Made by a program: the position numbers and the translations under genes. Below the pieces are notes generated by a model that ran no database searches, was not told where the DNA came from, and saw only the letters and a list, made by a program, of their open reading frames with translations. This document shows, piece by piece, positions 1 to 8,400 of a DNA stretch of 32,286 nucleotides; position 1 is the stretch's first letter, and every line of letters starts with the position of its first letter. Source of the stretch: a virus (lineage: Duplodnaviria > Caudoviricetes); the IMG/VR virus record IMGVR_UViG_3300032218_000674, positions 1 to 32,286 of that record. The stretch is one strand, 5' to 3'.

Positions 1-214
1 CATCAAACACCAACGCTGAACCAGTAGTCAGTATCTTAGAACCGTTGAGATAGGCTACACCGTTGATCGTGCCACCAGTCAGGATTGGGTTGTTTGCAAA
101 GGTAGCAACCTGTCCAGTAGAAATGCTAATGGCTTCAGTTGTTCCATTTGTCTGGATTGACAATACACCATCGCTTGCGACAGCACCTGAAAGTAAAGAG
201 ACTTTGACTACCAT
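1..214 (-). CDS. Fibre/tail-associated protein, N-terminal part (runs off the window)
   Basis: Hand-translated: ATG at 214 after an AAGGAAAAAT RBS, MVVKVSLLSGAVASDGVLSIQTNGTTEAISISTGQVATFANNPILTGGTINGVAYLNGSKILTTGSALVFD..., open to position 1. G/T/S-rich beta-repeat style; follows the fibre genes. Confidence 0.75.
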   Translation of the reverse strand, partial: MVVKVSLLSGAVASDGVLSIQTNGTTEAISISTGQVATFANNPILTGGTINGVAYLNGSKILTTGSALVFD

Positions 215-235
215 ATTTTTCCTTTAATTATTGCG

Positions 236-505
236 TTAAGCATCAGTTGCGCCTTCAAATTCAGGCTTTTGTTTAATGATTGAGTATAGGGCCGCACGAT
301 CAGCACCTGCAACATATTCTTCACCAGCAATCTGCACCTTACCTGCGCTTAGAGGCTGTTTACCTGCGTCACGGGCTTCTTTGGATGCGTAGCCGTAGAA
401 CGTGACTTCAGTGCCCTTGCCTTTAAAGTCTTCTTGAACAGCGCCGATGTTCCAGTACGAAGCATCAATGCCGTAGTCGGTTGGGATTAATTTAATAAGT
501 GCCAT
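236..505 (-). CDS. Hypothetical 89-aa protein (possible fibre-associated/chaperone protein)
   Basis: ORF track; GAGG upstream; lies between two fibre-like genes. Confidence 0.8.
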   Translation of the reverse strand: MALIKLIPTDYGIDASYWNIGAVQEDFKGKGTEVTFYGYASKEARDAGKQPLSAGKVQIAGEEYVAGADRAALYSIIKQKPEFEGATDA

Positions 506-535
506 GTGTTTTACTATTTTCCTCGTTTAAATTAG

Positions 536-3085
536 TTAAGGTGTTCCATTGGATACAATGTCTGTTGCAGAAGTGATTACTCCTGTGGAGGACATAGAAG
601 CAATAGTTGTAGCTCCATACTTAAAGAGCAATTTACCACCAGATTCAACAATAGAAAAGTTAGTGGTTGATAATGCACTTGCTCCAATTTTTACAACCCC
701 TGTGCCTTTAGGTGCAAGCGATATATCTACGTTTGCACTTGAACCTGCGCTAGATATTGTGACTGTTCCAGGCGTTCCCGCAACACCCCCAGTAAACTGT
801 ACATAGTTCACAGCAGATGCTGTGTGGGATATGCGAGCTTGTTCTGTTCCGCTGTTTGTTGCAAGGGTTATGAAGCCTGTGCCTCTTGAATACAAAATAG
901 TGTTTACACTTGCATCTGCCCCTGCTGCACCAACGTAAACAGCGCCGCCACTAGCAGCGCCTTGGGTTCTTAAAAAGTTTACTGTGGAGCCGCCGCCTTC
1001 CAGCAACTGCAAATGTGTACCTGCGCTTGTTCCTATGTTAAAAGTGTTTAATGCTTTTAATACTACTGTCGCACCCACACTAGCATAAGCAGCAGCACCA
1101 CTACCACCACTTACGGGAGTAAATGTAATTGTCGGCTGTTCAACATAACCGCTGCCAGCATTAGTAATCGTGAATGTAGTATCAACAACACCAGCAGTAA
1201 CCGTACAAGTAGCAGTTGCTTGAACACCGCCAGCCGTAGTAGGGGCAGAAATTGTGATGGTAGGAGCAACGGTATAACCTGTACCTCCAGCAGTCCTAGT
1301 AATAGCAGTAACAGTACCGCCGTTACTGATGTTTACACCGCTAGAACCTGCTGCTAGGTCAATGGCTCCTGTGCCTTTGGGTTGAATAGCAAGGGAAACA
1401 GCAGCATCGCTACCAAGCGACTGAAACTGCACAGCTTTACCTGTTGCGCCGCCTGTGATTTGTTCGTAGTTAGCTGAACCGCCACCACCGATCAACGTAG
1501 TAAACGTACCAGCAGCAGCAGTTGTGCCGCCAATAGCAGGAGGGCTAGATAGGTCTAATGTTCCTCCAAGGGTTATTGTTCCAGAGGATGTAATCGAACC
1601 GCCAGTAAGCGTAATCCCGTTTACTGTTCCTGTTGTGGCTACAGATGTAACCGTTCCTGTTGTCGGAGTTGACCAAGTTGGCGTTCCTGCTCCAGCAGAA
1701 GTTAGAACTTGTCCAGAAGTACCTGCGCCAGTAAATCCATAAGCAGTCCCAGTACCGTAAGCAATAGCACCAGCCGTAGGAGTTGCTGTTCCATTTGTAC
1801 CGCCTCGATTGATTGCAATTGTGTTGCCGTTCCAAGTAGCATTAGTAATTGAGCCACCATAGCTAAATGTATTTGTTGACCAAGATACGTTAGATGGTGC
1901 TTGAAAATGCGTGTCCCATGATCCCGCCGCAATCGCGTTAGACAATAAACTTACATCAACAAATGCACCAGATGGAACAGAAACAATAAGCGTTCCAGAG
2001 TTATTGTTTACAGTAATTGCACCACTAGATTGGTTATTGTTAAAAGTAAAATTTACGCCATTTGGCAAAGTAGTAGCATTTGGTAATTGATATGTCTGAC
2101 CACCAGAACCAGTAACTACATAGTTCGGCGCAGATGCCACTGTAAGCACTGTTGTTGTACCTGCCGCCGCTACGTTTATATATCCTTCGCTAATCGAATT
2201 AACAGAAATGTTTTGATTAGCGTCACGCAAAACAACAGAGTTTGCTCCCGAAGTTGGTGTTGCAGGAAAAGCCCCTACATCAGCATACCCAAGGACTACC
2301 GCACCTGTTTGTGCGTTTACAGAAGTTACTGAGTTTGTCTGGTCAATCTTCTGCCAAGTGCTACCGTTATAGATTGCCCAATCTCCAGCAACCCAATCAG
2401 TGATGCCGTTAAGATTAGTAGAACCACTGACACTAACCACATAATAATAGTTAGAAGTTCCAGTGCTAGAGGTAAGGGTTGGCGTGTTGGTTGATGCGTT
2501 CCATGTGCCACGATAGTTCAACCCACCTTGAATTGCGCTAATCTGAGTCTGCAAATCAGCAATAGCATCTAGCACATATTGAGAAGTACCACCGCCATTG
2601 GTAATGACTTTGATCCTGTCAGCAATGTCCATTGGCACAACTTCACCAGCATTGATCTGGCGTCCGTTGGACAATGTAATAGTCAGACTACCATCAAAAT
2701 CAATCTTGGCATCTACAACAGATACCCCGTCTTGACCATCTTGACCTGGTTTTCCATCAGCGCCACGATCACCCTTGACGCTTGCGCCATCTTTACCGTC
2801 ACGACCTGGCTTTCCATCTTTACCATCACGACCTGATTGACCGTCTTTCAAAGAGGAAACTTTGTCTTTGATCTGACCATTCATTTCATCAAAGCGATCT
2901 TTTAAATCAGCTTCAATCTTGCGAATGGCTTGGATGACTAGCTTAGTATGTTCTGCAACATCTTGCTTTTTCTGTTGAACACGGCGTTCGTTGACGGATT
3001 GCTGGATTGACGAGACTATCTCCAGCTTGTCAGCATCAGACAGTCCCTCAATACCTAGTTTTCTTTCCAGATCAACGAGTTCCAT
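536..3085 (-). CDS. Collagen-repeat fibre protein, 849 aa
   Basis: N-terminal coiled coil, G-X-Y repeats (GRDGKDGKPGRDGKDG...), a GTWNASTNTP...WVAGDWAIYNGSTWQKID module and long G/T/S-rich beta repeats. Overlaps the portal stop. Confidence 0.85.
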   Translation of the reverse strand: MELVDLERKLGIEGLSDADKLEIVSSIQQSVNERRVQQKKQDVAEHTKLVIQAIRKIEADLKDRFDEMNGQIKDKVSSLKDGQSGRDGKDGKPGRDGKDGASVKGDRGADGKPGQDGQDGVSVVDAKIDFDGSLTITLSNGRQINAGEVVPMDIADRIKVITNGGGTSQYVLDAIADLQTQISAIQGGLNYRGTWNASTNTPTLTSSTGTSNYYYVVSVSGSTNLNGITDWVAGDWAIYNGSTWQKIDQTNSVTSVNAQTGAVVLGYADVGAFPATPTSGANSVVLRDANQNISVNSISEGYINVAAAGTTTVLTVASAPNYVVTGSGGQTYQLPNATTLPNGVNFTFNNNQSSGAITVNNNSGTLIVSVPSGAFVDVSLLSNAIAAGSWDTHFQAPSNVSWSTNTFSYGGSITNATWNGNTIAINRGGTNGTATPTAGAIAYGTGTAYGFTGAGTSGQVLTSAGAGTPTWSTPTTGTVTSVATTGTVNGITLTGGSITSSGTITLGGTLDLSSPPAIGGTTAAAGTFTTLIGGGGSANYEQITGGATGKAVQFQSLGSDAAVSLAIQPKGTGAIDLAAGSSGVNISNGGTVTAITRTAGGTGYTVAPTITISAPTTAGGVQATATCTVTAGVVDTTFTITNAGSGYVEQPTITFTPVSGGSGAAAYASVGATVVLKALNTFNIGTSAGTHLQLLEGGGSTVNFLRTQGAASGGAVYVGAAGADASVNTILYSRGTGFITLATNSGTEQARISHTASAVNYVQFTGGVAGTPGTVTISSAGSSANVDISLAPKGTGVVKIGASALSTTNFSIVESGGKLLFKYGATTIASMSSTGVITSATDIVSNGTP
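2787..2835. repeat. 27-nt-period direct repeat encoding the collagen GRDGKDG units
   Basis: ccatctttaccgtcacgacctg at 2787 and ccatctttaccatcacgacctg at 2814. Confidence 0.8.
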
Positions 3086-5123
3086 TGTTCAATTCCTCGG
3101 AAAGACGCTTCAAAAACTCATCCTCAACACTCATTGAGTCAGCCTTGTGTTTGCTCATTTGCAATTCCACAATTTTAGACTTGTTTTTGATCTCAGATTC
3201 CTTCAACATCAAGTCAGCAATCTTCACTCTACGATCAAACTCACGTTGAGCAGCATCATCTGCATTAGGAAGGTTGTTTGTCAAAGCAGAAGCAGTCTTG
3301 GCCTGAACTTCTTGAGGCATCAACTGAGCTTCAGCCATCAACTTGGTAGCCGATGCTCTGTTTTCTTCAGCTTGAGTAGTCTGAACAGCGATCTGAGCCT
3401 GGGCAGCTTGCATAGCCAGTTGCTTCTGAGCCTGTTCCATTTGCTGTGCTTGTGGATCAGGTTTAGCCATAGATTCCAAAGCAGCCATCAGTTCGTAACG
3501 GTTGCTCAACGAACTATTGTTGACAATTCCCTTCAAGATCAGAGGCAATACAGGAGTGTTAGGGCCAAGAGTCTGGAGCAAACCAATAAACTGTTGTTGT
3601 TCATACTCACGAGCAATGATGCCCAAAGTAGCCGTAGGAATGAAGTTCAGGTCAACAGAAGGATAGCGTTCAGGGTCAAACTGCATGTAGCGGAAAGCCG
3701 CTTTTTTGATGAATGGAACCAAGAAATCCTCTTGGAAGTTCACCAGTGTGCGCTTGTACTTCTTAATGATAGAAGCAACAGCCATTGACATGCCGCCACC
3801 ATCACGAGCTACCTGGGAAACCATGCCGTTGCTATCCAGCGTAGCAGTAGCCTGAAGCAACATGCGTTCAAACTCTTTAGCTGTGGCAAGGTTGTTTCCA
3901 TCTGTCTGACCAAACTTGAATGGGAACAGAATCTCAGAAGGAGCACCGTTTGTCAGGATAGCTTTACCTGGTTTGACTTCAAACTTAGCACCACGAGGCA
4001 AGCGAGTTGCATCCATTGCAATCATTGGGCTGGTGGTCAACGCCAAGGAATCAAGGTGGCTACGGATTTGGGCATCCATTGCCTTTTGCATGTTGTAGGC
4101 TTTTTCAACCGTACCACGACCAAGCAACCTGTTTGGCACAGTGTCATCTTGGTATGTCAGGATCGGACGATCCTTCATCATGTATGGGTTTTCTTCAGCC
4201 TTGAGCAGCAGGTTTTCGTTACCAATAACGATGATTGCCTCAACTAAGTCAGCATAGTCATCGGCAGCACTGTGTTCAGGGAACAACTCAATGACTTCTT
4301 TTTCTTCCTTGAGGTTTTTCAGGTATTCACGAGGAACAAGGCCAAAATACTTGAGTAACTTGACCTTTTGATCCTTAAATTGTTGCAACTCTTGAGTGGC
4401 TTCAAGGTCATCATCACTGGAGACAGTGCCTAAATCAACCTTGCGATAAACGCCAGATTCAATGCCTTGAACAACCTTGTGGATCGAGACAAACATCTCA
4501 ATTGCCACACCCATGCAGTCATCAACAGATGTGCCGTTAGGATCAAACAAGAAGTTCTTTGGGTTAATCGGCATGATCTTGACTGCAATACGGTCTTTTT
4601 CCATGACGCCGATAGCAGCTTGACCAACTTGGCCTGGGATTGGCTGAGTTGAGGGGATGTATTCCTTCTCAGTTTTGACAACGATCTCACCAATGCCAGT
4701 GCCGTAGATTTCAGCCATTAACTCAATCTGGTCAATGGACTTGCGAATCTTGTCTTTCTTGAAGTCTTCGTCTAGTTGTGCTTTGATCTTAGAAACATCA
4801 ATGTCATTGCCGTTTACGTCTTGAACGTCATCAGTAATATCAAAGAAGTCGCCTTGACCAAAGATAGCTTCCATGATCTCAGCATGGCGTGTTTCAACGG
4901 CTTGTTGAGTGCCAGGGGTGATGATTCGGCTACGCTCTGACTCACGGGTTTTGTCACCATCAGCCCACTGACCACGGAAAATACGCTCGTATTCTTCCCA
5001 ATCAGGCAGATAGTTGGAATCTCGCCAGTCTCTCCAGCGGTCAGTGTGATCTACAACAAAAGCAACCAACTCTTTCTCAGCTTCTGTTGGTTCGTCAAAC
5101 TCATTTTGTTGCAGTTCTGCCAT
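3072..5123 (-). CDS. Portal protein (P22-like, with C-terminal Q/A-rich helical barrel)
   Basis: 683 aa, immediately after terL. DWEEYERIFRGQW N-terminal motif, LLGRGTVEKAYNMQKAMD, and a C-terminal Q/A-rich coiled coil as in podovirus portals. Confidence 0.85.
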   Translation of the reverse strand: MAELQQNEFDEPTEAEKELVAFVVDHTDRWRDWRDSNYLPDWEEYERIFRGQWADGDKTRESERSRIITPGTQQAVETRHAEIMEAIFGQGDFFDITDDVQDVNGNDIDVSKIKAQLDEDFKKDKIRKSIDQIELMAEIYGTGIGEIVVKTEKEYIPSTQPIPGQVGQAAIGVMEKDRIAVKIMPINPKNFLFDPNGTSVDDCMGVAIEMFVSIHKVVQGIESGVYRKVDLGTVSSDDDLEATQELQQFKDQKVKLLKYFGLVPREYLKNLKEEKEVIELFPEHSAADDYADLVEAIIVIGNENLLLKAEENPYMMKDRPILTYQDDTVPNRLLGRGTVEKAYNMQKAMDAQIRSHLDSLALTTSPMIAMDATRLPRGAKFEVKPGKAILTNGAPSEILFPFKFGQTDGNNLATAKEFERMLLQATATLDSNGMVSQVARDGGGMSMAVASIIKKYKRTLVNFQEDFLVPFIKKAAFRYMQFDPERYPSVDLNFIPTATLGIIAREYEQQQFIGLLQTLGPNTPVLPLILKGIVNNSSLSNRYELMAALESMAKPDPQAQQMEQAQKQLAMQAAQAQIAVQTTQAEENRASATKLMAEAQLMPQEVQAKTASALTNNLPNADDAAQREFDRRVKIADLMLKESEIKNKSKIVELQMSKHKADSMSVEDEFLKRLSEELNNGTR

Positions 5124-5124
5124 T

Positions 5125-6384
5125 CTAGACTCCGCTAATTACATCTATCGGTTCCCACTCATCTTCCTCATCTTCCTCAAAGTAGCTTGTAACGGCTAGT
5201 TGGTCAATGTAGGAAAGTGCATCGGGTAAATCATCGTGAACTCCCGTTGCAGGAAACATGAGCAACTGATCTTTGAAGTCATCCCAATCTTCTTCTGAGT
5301 TTAGGATGATCCGACCATGCTCAAATCGCCCTTGGAGACTCCAAATGATGCGATCCGTCTTTTTCCTGTTGCCGTGGGTGAGGTCAACTATGTGCGAATA
5401 TACATTATTCTTACGCATCAAGTCACTCAAATACGGTAAAACAGCGTTTTTCAGTGCTCCACGCTCAATTCCTATCGAAAGTGGCTTGTATTTCCGCATC
5501 GCCATGAGGATTTTGACCGCAGTTTCCCGAATATCCCACCGTCCGTGTACGATTTCCTTTACAAACCACTTGCCTTCGTCCGTAACCTTGACAATAGCAA
5601 TTGCAGACTCATCCAGGCGCTTCTTACTATTAGCAGCTTGTTTGGCAACTTCCTCAAATCCTGCCAAGTCAACAGCAACAAAGTAGCTTCCATAGTCAGG
5701 TTCAACTCCATATTTGATCCATTCTTCTTTGAAAACATCAGAACCAGCGTTTGAGAAGGACGCCATGTATTCTTGCTTGAAAGCAAAGGTAGAGAGTGTC
5801 TTTTTGGCAGATTCAATCTCAGTTGGGTCGATCAGGGGGTTGTCTTTTGTTGTGAAATGCCAAGACTTCCAGTCGGTGTCCTCTGTGCTCTCGCCCAATC
5901 GAAACAGATCGTAAAACCAGTTTCTTCCTTTGGGGGTTCCGATAAACATGGCTCGTCCTTTTTTGTCGGACAAGGAGGCTCGGATAACTTGCTCCCACGC
6001 TTCGGGCTTGATGTCGGCAACTTCGTCAAGGACGGCGTATGTAAGGGAAACGCCTCGTAAGGTATCTGGTCTATCTGCGCCTCGGACATAGATGCTTGCT
6101 CCATTGATAGTAGTGATGTTTTGATTGTTGATGTGGGCGTTTTGGATAACATCCCTGCCCAACTCCATGAGAACGTCCCAAATAATCTGCCTAGCCTGAC
6201 CGTTGGTAGGCGCAACGTACAGCACAGCAGAACCAGAAGGGCAGCGCAAAGCCTCAATCAACAAGGTGGTAGCAGCCAGTCTAGACTTGCCACAACGCCG
6301 ACCAGCAGCAATCACCTTAAACCTTGTTTTATCGCTAAAAACAATTTGTTGCCAAGGTAGGAGGCTAAAGTTCAGGTCACTCAT
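5125..6384 (-). CDS. terL: Terminase large subunit
   Basis: Walker A AGRRCGKS, YVAPT, Walker B YAVLDE, coupling motif GTPKG, nuclease VAVDLA...HDDLPDAL. Confidence 0.95.
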   Translation of the reverse strand: MSDLNFSLLPWQQIVFSDKTRFKVIAAGRRCGKSRLAATTLLIEALRCPSGSAVLYVAPTNGQARQIIWDVLMELGRDVIQNAHINNQNITTINGASIYVRGADRPDTLRGVSLTYAVLDEVADIKPEAWEQVIRASLSDKKGRAMFIGTPKGRNWFYDLFRLGESTEDTDWKSWHFTTKDNPLIDPTEIESAKKTLSTFAFKQEYMASFSNAGSDVFKEEWIKYGVEPDYGSYFVAVDLAGFEEVAKQAANSKKRLDESAIAIVKVTDEGKWFVKEIVHGRWDIRETAVKILMAMRKYKPLSIGIERGALKNAVLPYLSDLMRKNNVYSHIVDLTHGNRKKTDRIIWSLQGRFEHGRIILNSEEDWDDFKDQLLMFPATGVHDDLPDALSYIDQLAVTSYFEEDEEDEWEPIDVISGV

Positions 6385-6773
6385 TCTTTGGCCTCAATGT
6401 CTTCAGCTTCGATGGTTTCAGGGGTGTGGCTAATCTCGCCAATTCCAGTAATGTTGATTGTCACAGCACTACGGGACTTGCCTTCTTTTTCAAACATAGA
6501 GACAGGCAGCATACGATCCATGCACAACTTAATCATCGCAGCTTGAGCAGGATGATCGTCATTCATAGCAATTTCAACAGCTTTGTGGACAACATTGGAA
6601 CCAGCACTGTTTATCAGAAGGTTCTTCAACTCTTTGATTTGCTGAGTCTCAGTTTTAGGCAACAGGGCTAAAGGAGGTGCTTTGGCAAACTTTGCCATTG
6701 TCATGTTTCCAAATGACGTTGTGCTGCCTTTAGGACGGCCCTTCTTTTTCTTAACAGGTTGTTCAGTGTCCAT
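6381..6773 (-). CDS. terS: Terminase small subunit (130 aa)
   Basis: ATGA-coupled to terL. Start chosen at MDTEQPVKKKKGRPKGS (basic GRPKG motif); C-terminal AVTINITG beta-strand as in small terminases. Confidence 0.75.
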   Translation of the reverse strand: MDTEQPVKKKKGRPKGSTTSFGNMTMAKFAKAPPLALLPKTETQQIKELKNLLINSAGSNVVHKAVEIAMNDDHPAQAAMIKLCMDRMLPVSMFEKEGKSRSAVTINITGIGEISHTPETIEAEDIEAKE

Positions 6774-6801
6774 ACTTTTATCCAAGGTGGGAAGTATTCG
6801 T

Positions 6802-6842
6802 AATGTAACACTGTTGAACAATAGGGTAAACCCTGATATAGT
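6802..6842. promoter_or_regulatory. Overlapping divergent sigma70-like promoters sharing a palindrome
   Basis: Plus strand: TTGAAC(6814-19)-17 nt-TATAGT(6837-42). Minus strand: TTTACC(6830-25)-17 nt-TACATT(6807-02), facing terS. Palindrome TAGGGTAAACCCTG at 6822-6835. Confidence 0.6.
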
Positions 6843-6848
6843 GAATTC

Positions 6849-7073
6849 ACTCCACGGGGGCATCACCCACCCCTCTATGCGGTAGAGCCGACCAAGTAGG
6901 ATAAACAGGTGAATCATGTGGTCATCTAGTAACCACCCTTCCATCGGGATGATGCAAGGACAAGGTGAACGGGGCATGTAGCGTGAACGGGTCTGTCTAA
7001 CAAACAGATAAAACCGTAACCAAGATAAACGAGAGGCTCACTTCTTTTGAAGTTTTCCCGTCCTTACTCGGGT
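6849..7073 (+). ncRNA. Candidate structured non-coding RNA
   Basis: Downstream of the plus-strand promoter, with no plus-strand ORF in the track. Consecutive hairpins: CTCTA/TAGAG, GACCA/TGGTC, CACC..CATC/GATG..GGTG, ACGG-GTCTGT/ACAGAT-CCGT, ACTTC/GAAGT, CCCG/CGGG. Confidence 0.45.
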
Positions 7074-7143
7074 GCCTGTAACACATCCATACATCTACCG
7101 TTCTCCTTCCTGCTCTCCTTGCCATCAGTGCTTGTAGTAAAAG

Positions 7144-7209
7144 CTAATTTCACTTTTCCAGTGTAGGCGAGGCTTTTCCTAATTCCACTTTTCCAGTGGA
7201 TCGGAGGCT
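7144..7209. repeat. Imperfect 31-nt direct repeat (35-nt period)
   Basis: ctaatttcacttttccagtgtaggcgaggct (7144) and ctaattccacttttccagtggatcggaggct (7179). Confidence 0.85.
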
Positions 7210-7253
7210 CCCACAAAAGTTCCACCACACACTACCCCCTCCCCCCCCCTTCA

Positions 7254-7293
7254 ATGTAAGCACTTACATACATCCTGGTAGGTTAGCACTTAC
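7254..7293. promoter_or_regulatory. Palindrome ATGTAAG-CA-CTTACAT and a second copy GTTAGCACTTAC
   Basis: Perfect 7-bp inverted repeat at 7254-7269 and a related copy at 7282-7293, next to a C-tract (7235-7249). Confidence 0.5.
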
Positions 7294-7442
7294 TTAACAA
7301 ACCTATGAACAAGTTGTGCATATGTTGTGTATATAACTGATGCACCCTAATCCAACCACCTCTAACAACTTCCAGACATATAAAAACAAGTTATAAATCA
7401 TAACCAAACGTATTCAATATTTCACCTGGTGGTAGATATGGC

Positions 7443-7472
7443 TAGGGTTTTCCCTTGTAAGGGTTATTCCTA
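7443..7472. promoter_or_regulatory. Tandem operator-like palindromes
   Basis: TAGGGTTTTCCCTT (7443-56) and AAGGGTTATTCCTA (7459-72); same family as the copies at 6822 and 14301. Confidence 0.6.
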
Positions 7473-7481
7473 GGCTTTATA

Positions 7482-7494
7482 AATCAATGACTTA
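7482..7494 (+). promoter_or_regulatory. IHF-binding consensus site
   Basis: AATCAA-TGAC-TTA matches WATCAANNNNTTR exactly. Confidence 0.55.
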
Positions 7495-7581
7495 CGCTGC
7501 TTGGCACGAATCTTCCCTGCTATATATATGAGTAGTACGAATTTTCTTGCTTCTCATTGTTCAACTTCAATAGGTGTCAAC

Positions 7582-7839
7582 ATGAAAGAAACAATCACAC
7601 AATCAGCTATCAACGAGTTTTGCAGCTCCTACGTTGATTTGCAGGGACTTAATGAGGGCAGCTCCTCATACGATCACTTTGCGCTTGCTGATGCCCTTGC
7701 AAACGCCTTCAATGGACTGAATCGCGAGGAGTTCTATCACCTCGTTACTAAGTGCGAGAAAATCATAGAAGCCAAGATAGGTTATGTTTCCCCGTTTGCA
7801 AACTTGATCGAAGCTAAAAATGCTTGGACTCCTTTCTAA
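7582..7839 (+). CDS. Early hypothetical protein (85 aa)
   Basis: Start moved to the ATG after AATAGGTGTCAAC; MKETITQSAINEFC... Confidence 0.8.
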   Translation: MKETITQSAINEFCSSYVDLQGLNEGSSSYDHFALADALANAFNGLNREEFYHLVTKCEKIIEAKIGYVSPFANLIEAKNAWTPF

Positions 7840-7855
7840 CTTAATAGGTGTCAAC

Positions 7856-8206
7856 ATGAAATTTCAAACAATTGATTCATCCCTAGTTACTTGGTACATC
7901 ATGGAGGGTGACAAACATGATGATTACAAGCGCACATACTGCACTGACGGGGACGGTATCCTTCAACTGATCGAGCGTCTTGACGGCTCGTTTGAGCTTG
8001 TTGATCAACTTGATATTGTCAAGACTTGGCACGATGTTGACGGAGAAGAAGAATTCCTCCTCATCTTGGAAGAAGTTCAGAAATACTTAGCGGCAACTTA
8101 TCATGAGATTTTTGAAAATGCGATGCATTGGAGAGATGAACCCACGACAGATCAGGCTCGCCAAGACATGAACGCAGCTCTTGGATATGCACATTTGAAT
8201 CAGTAA
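7856..8206 (+). CDS. Early acidic hypothetical protein (116 aa)
   Basis: Start after an identical AATAGGTGTCAAC; MKFQTIDSSLVTWY... Confidence 0.8.
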   Translation: MKFQTIDSSLVTWYIMEGDKHDDYKRTYCTDGDGILQLIERLDGSFELVDQLDIVKTWHDVDGEEEFLLILEEVQKYLAATYHEIFENAMHWRDEPTTDQARQDMNAALGYAHLNQ

Positions 8207-8283
8207 AAATTTAAGGCCTTGCGATGTTTATTCGCTTGGTCGTAAAAATTCTGCCATCCCTCAAACATTTAAAAGGCGTAAAC

Positions 8284-8373
8284 ATGAAAAATTACCTAAT
8301 CCCTATCCTTCAAACAATCCTCTGTCTTGCGATTTGGGGGGCAATCGGCGCCCTCTTAGCACTCGGCTTCTAA
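8284..8373 (+). CDS. Small single-TM protein (29 aa)
   Basis: Hand-translated MKNYLIPILQTILCLAIWGAIGALLALGF, preceded by the AAAAGGCGTAAAC variant of the start motif. Confidence 0.65.
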   Translation: MKNYLIPILQTILCLAIWGAIGALLALGF

Positions 8374-8400
8374 CTTCAACTCAACTTAATAGGTGTAAAC

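Noticed and set aside
3147-3788. 213-aa plus-strand ORF and other antisense ORFs over structural genes
   Set aside because: Shadow frames of well-supported minus-strand genes, with no RBS or recognisable motifs.
6774-6977. 68-aa N-terminal extension of terS in the ORF track
   Set aside because: Unnatural composition; it spans the predicted promoters and the structured RNA.
7144-7209. Possible CRISPR mini-array
   Set aside because: Only two copies, 4 nt apart, with no spacer-length unique sequence and no cas genes.
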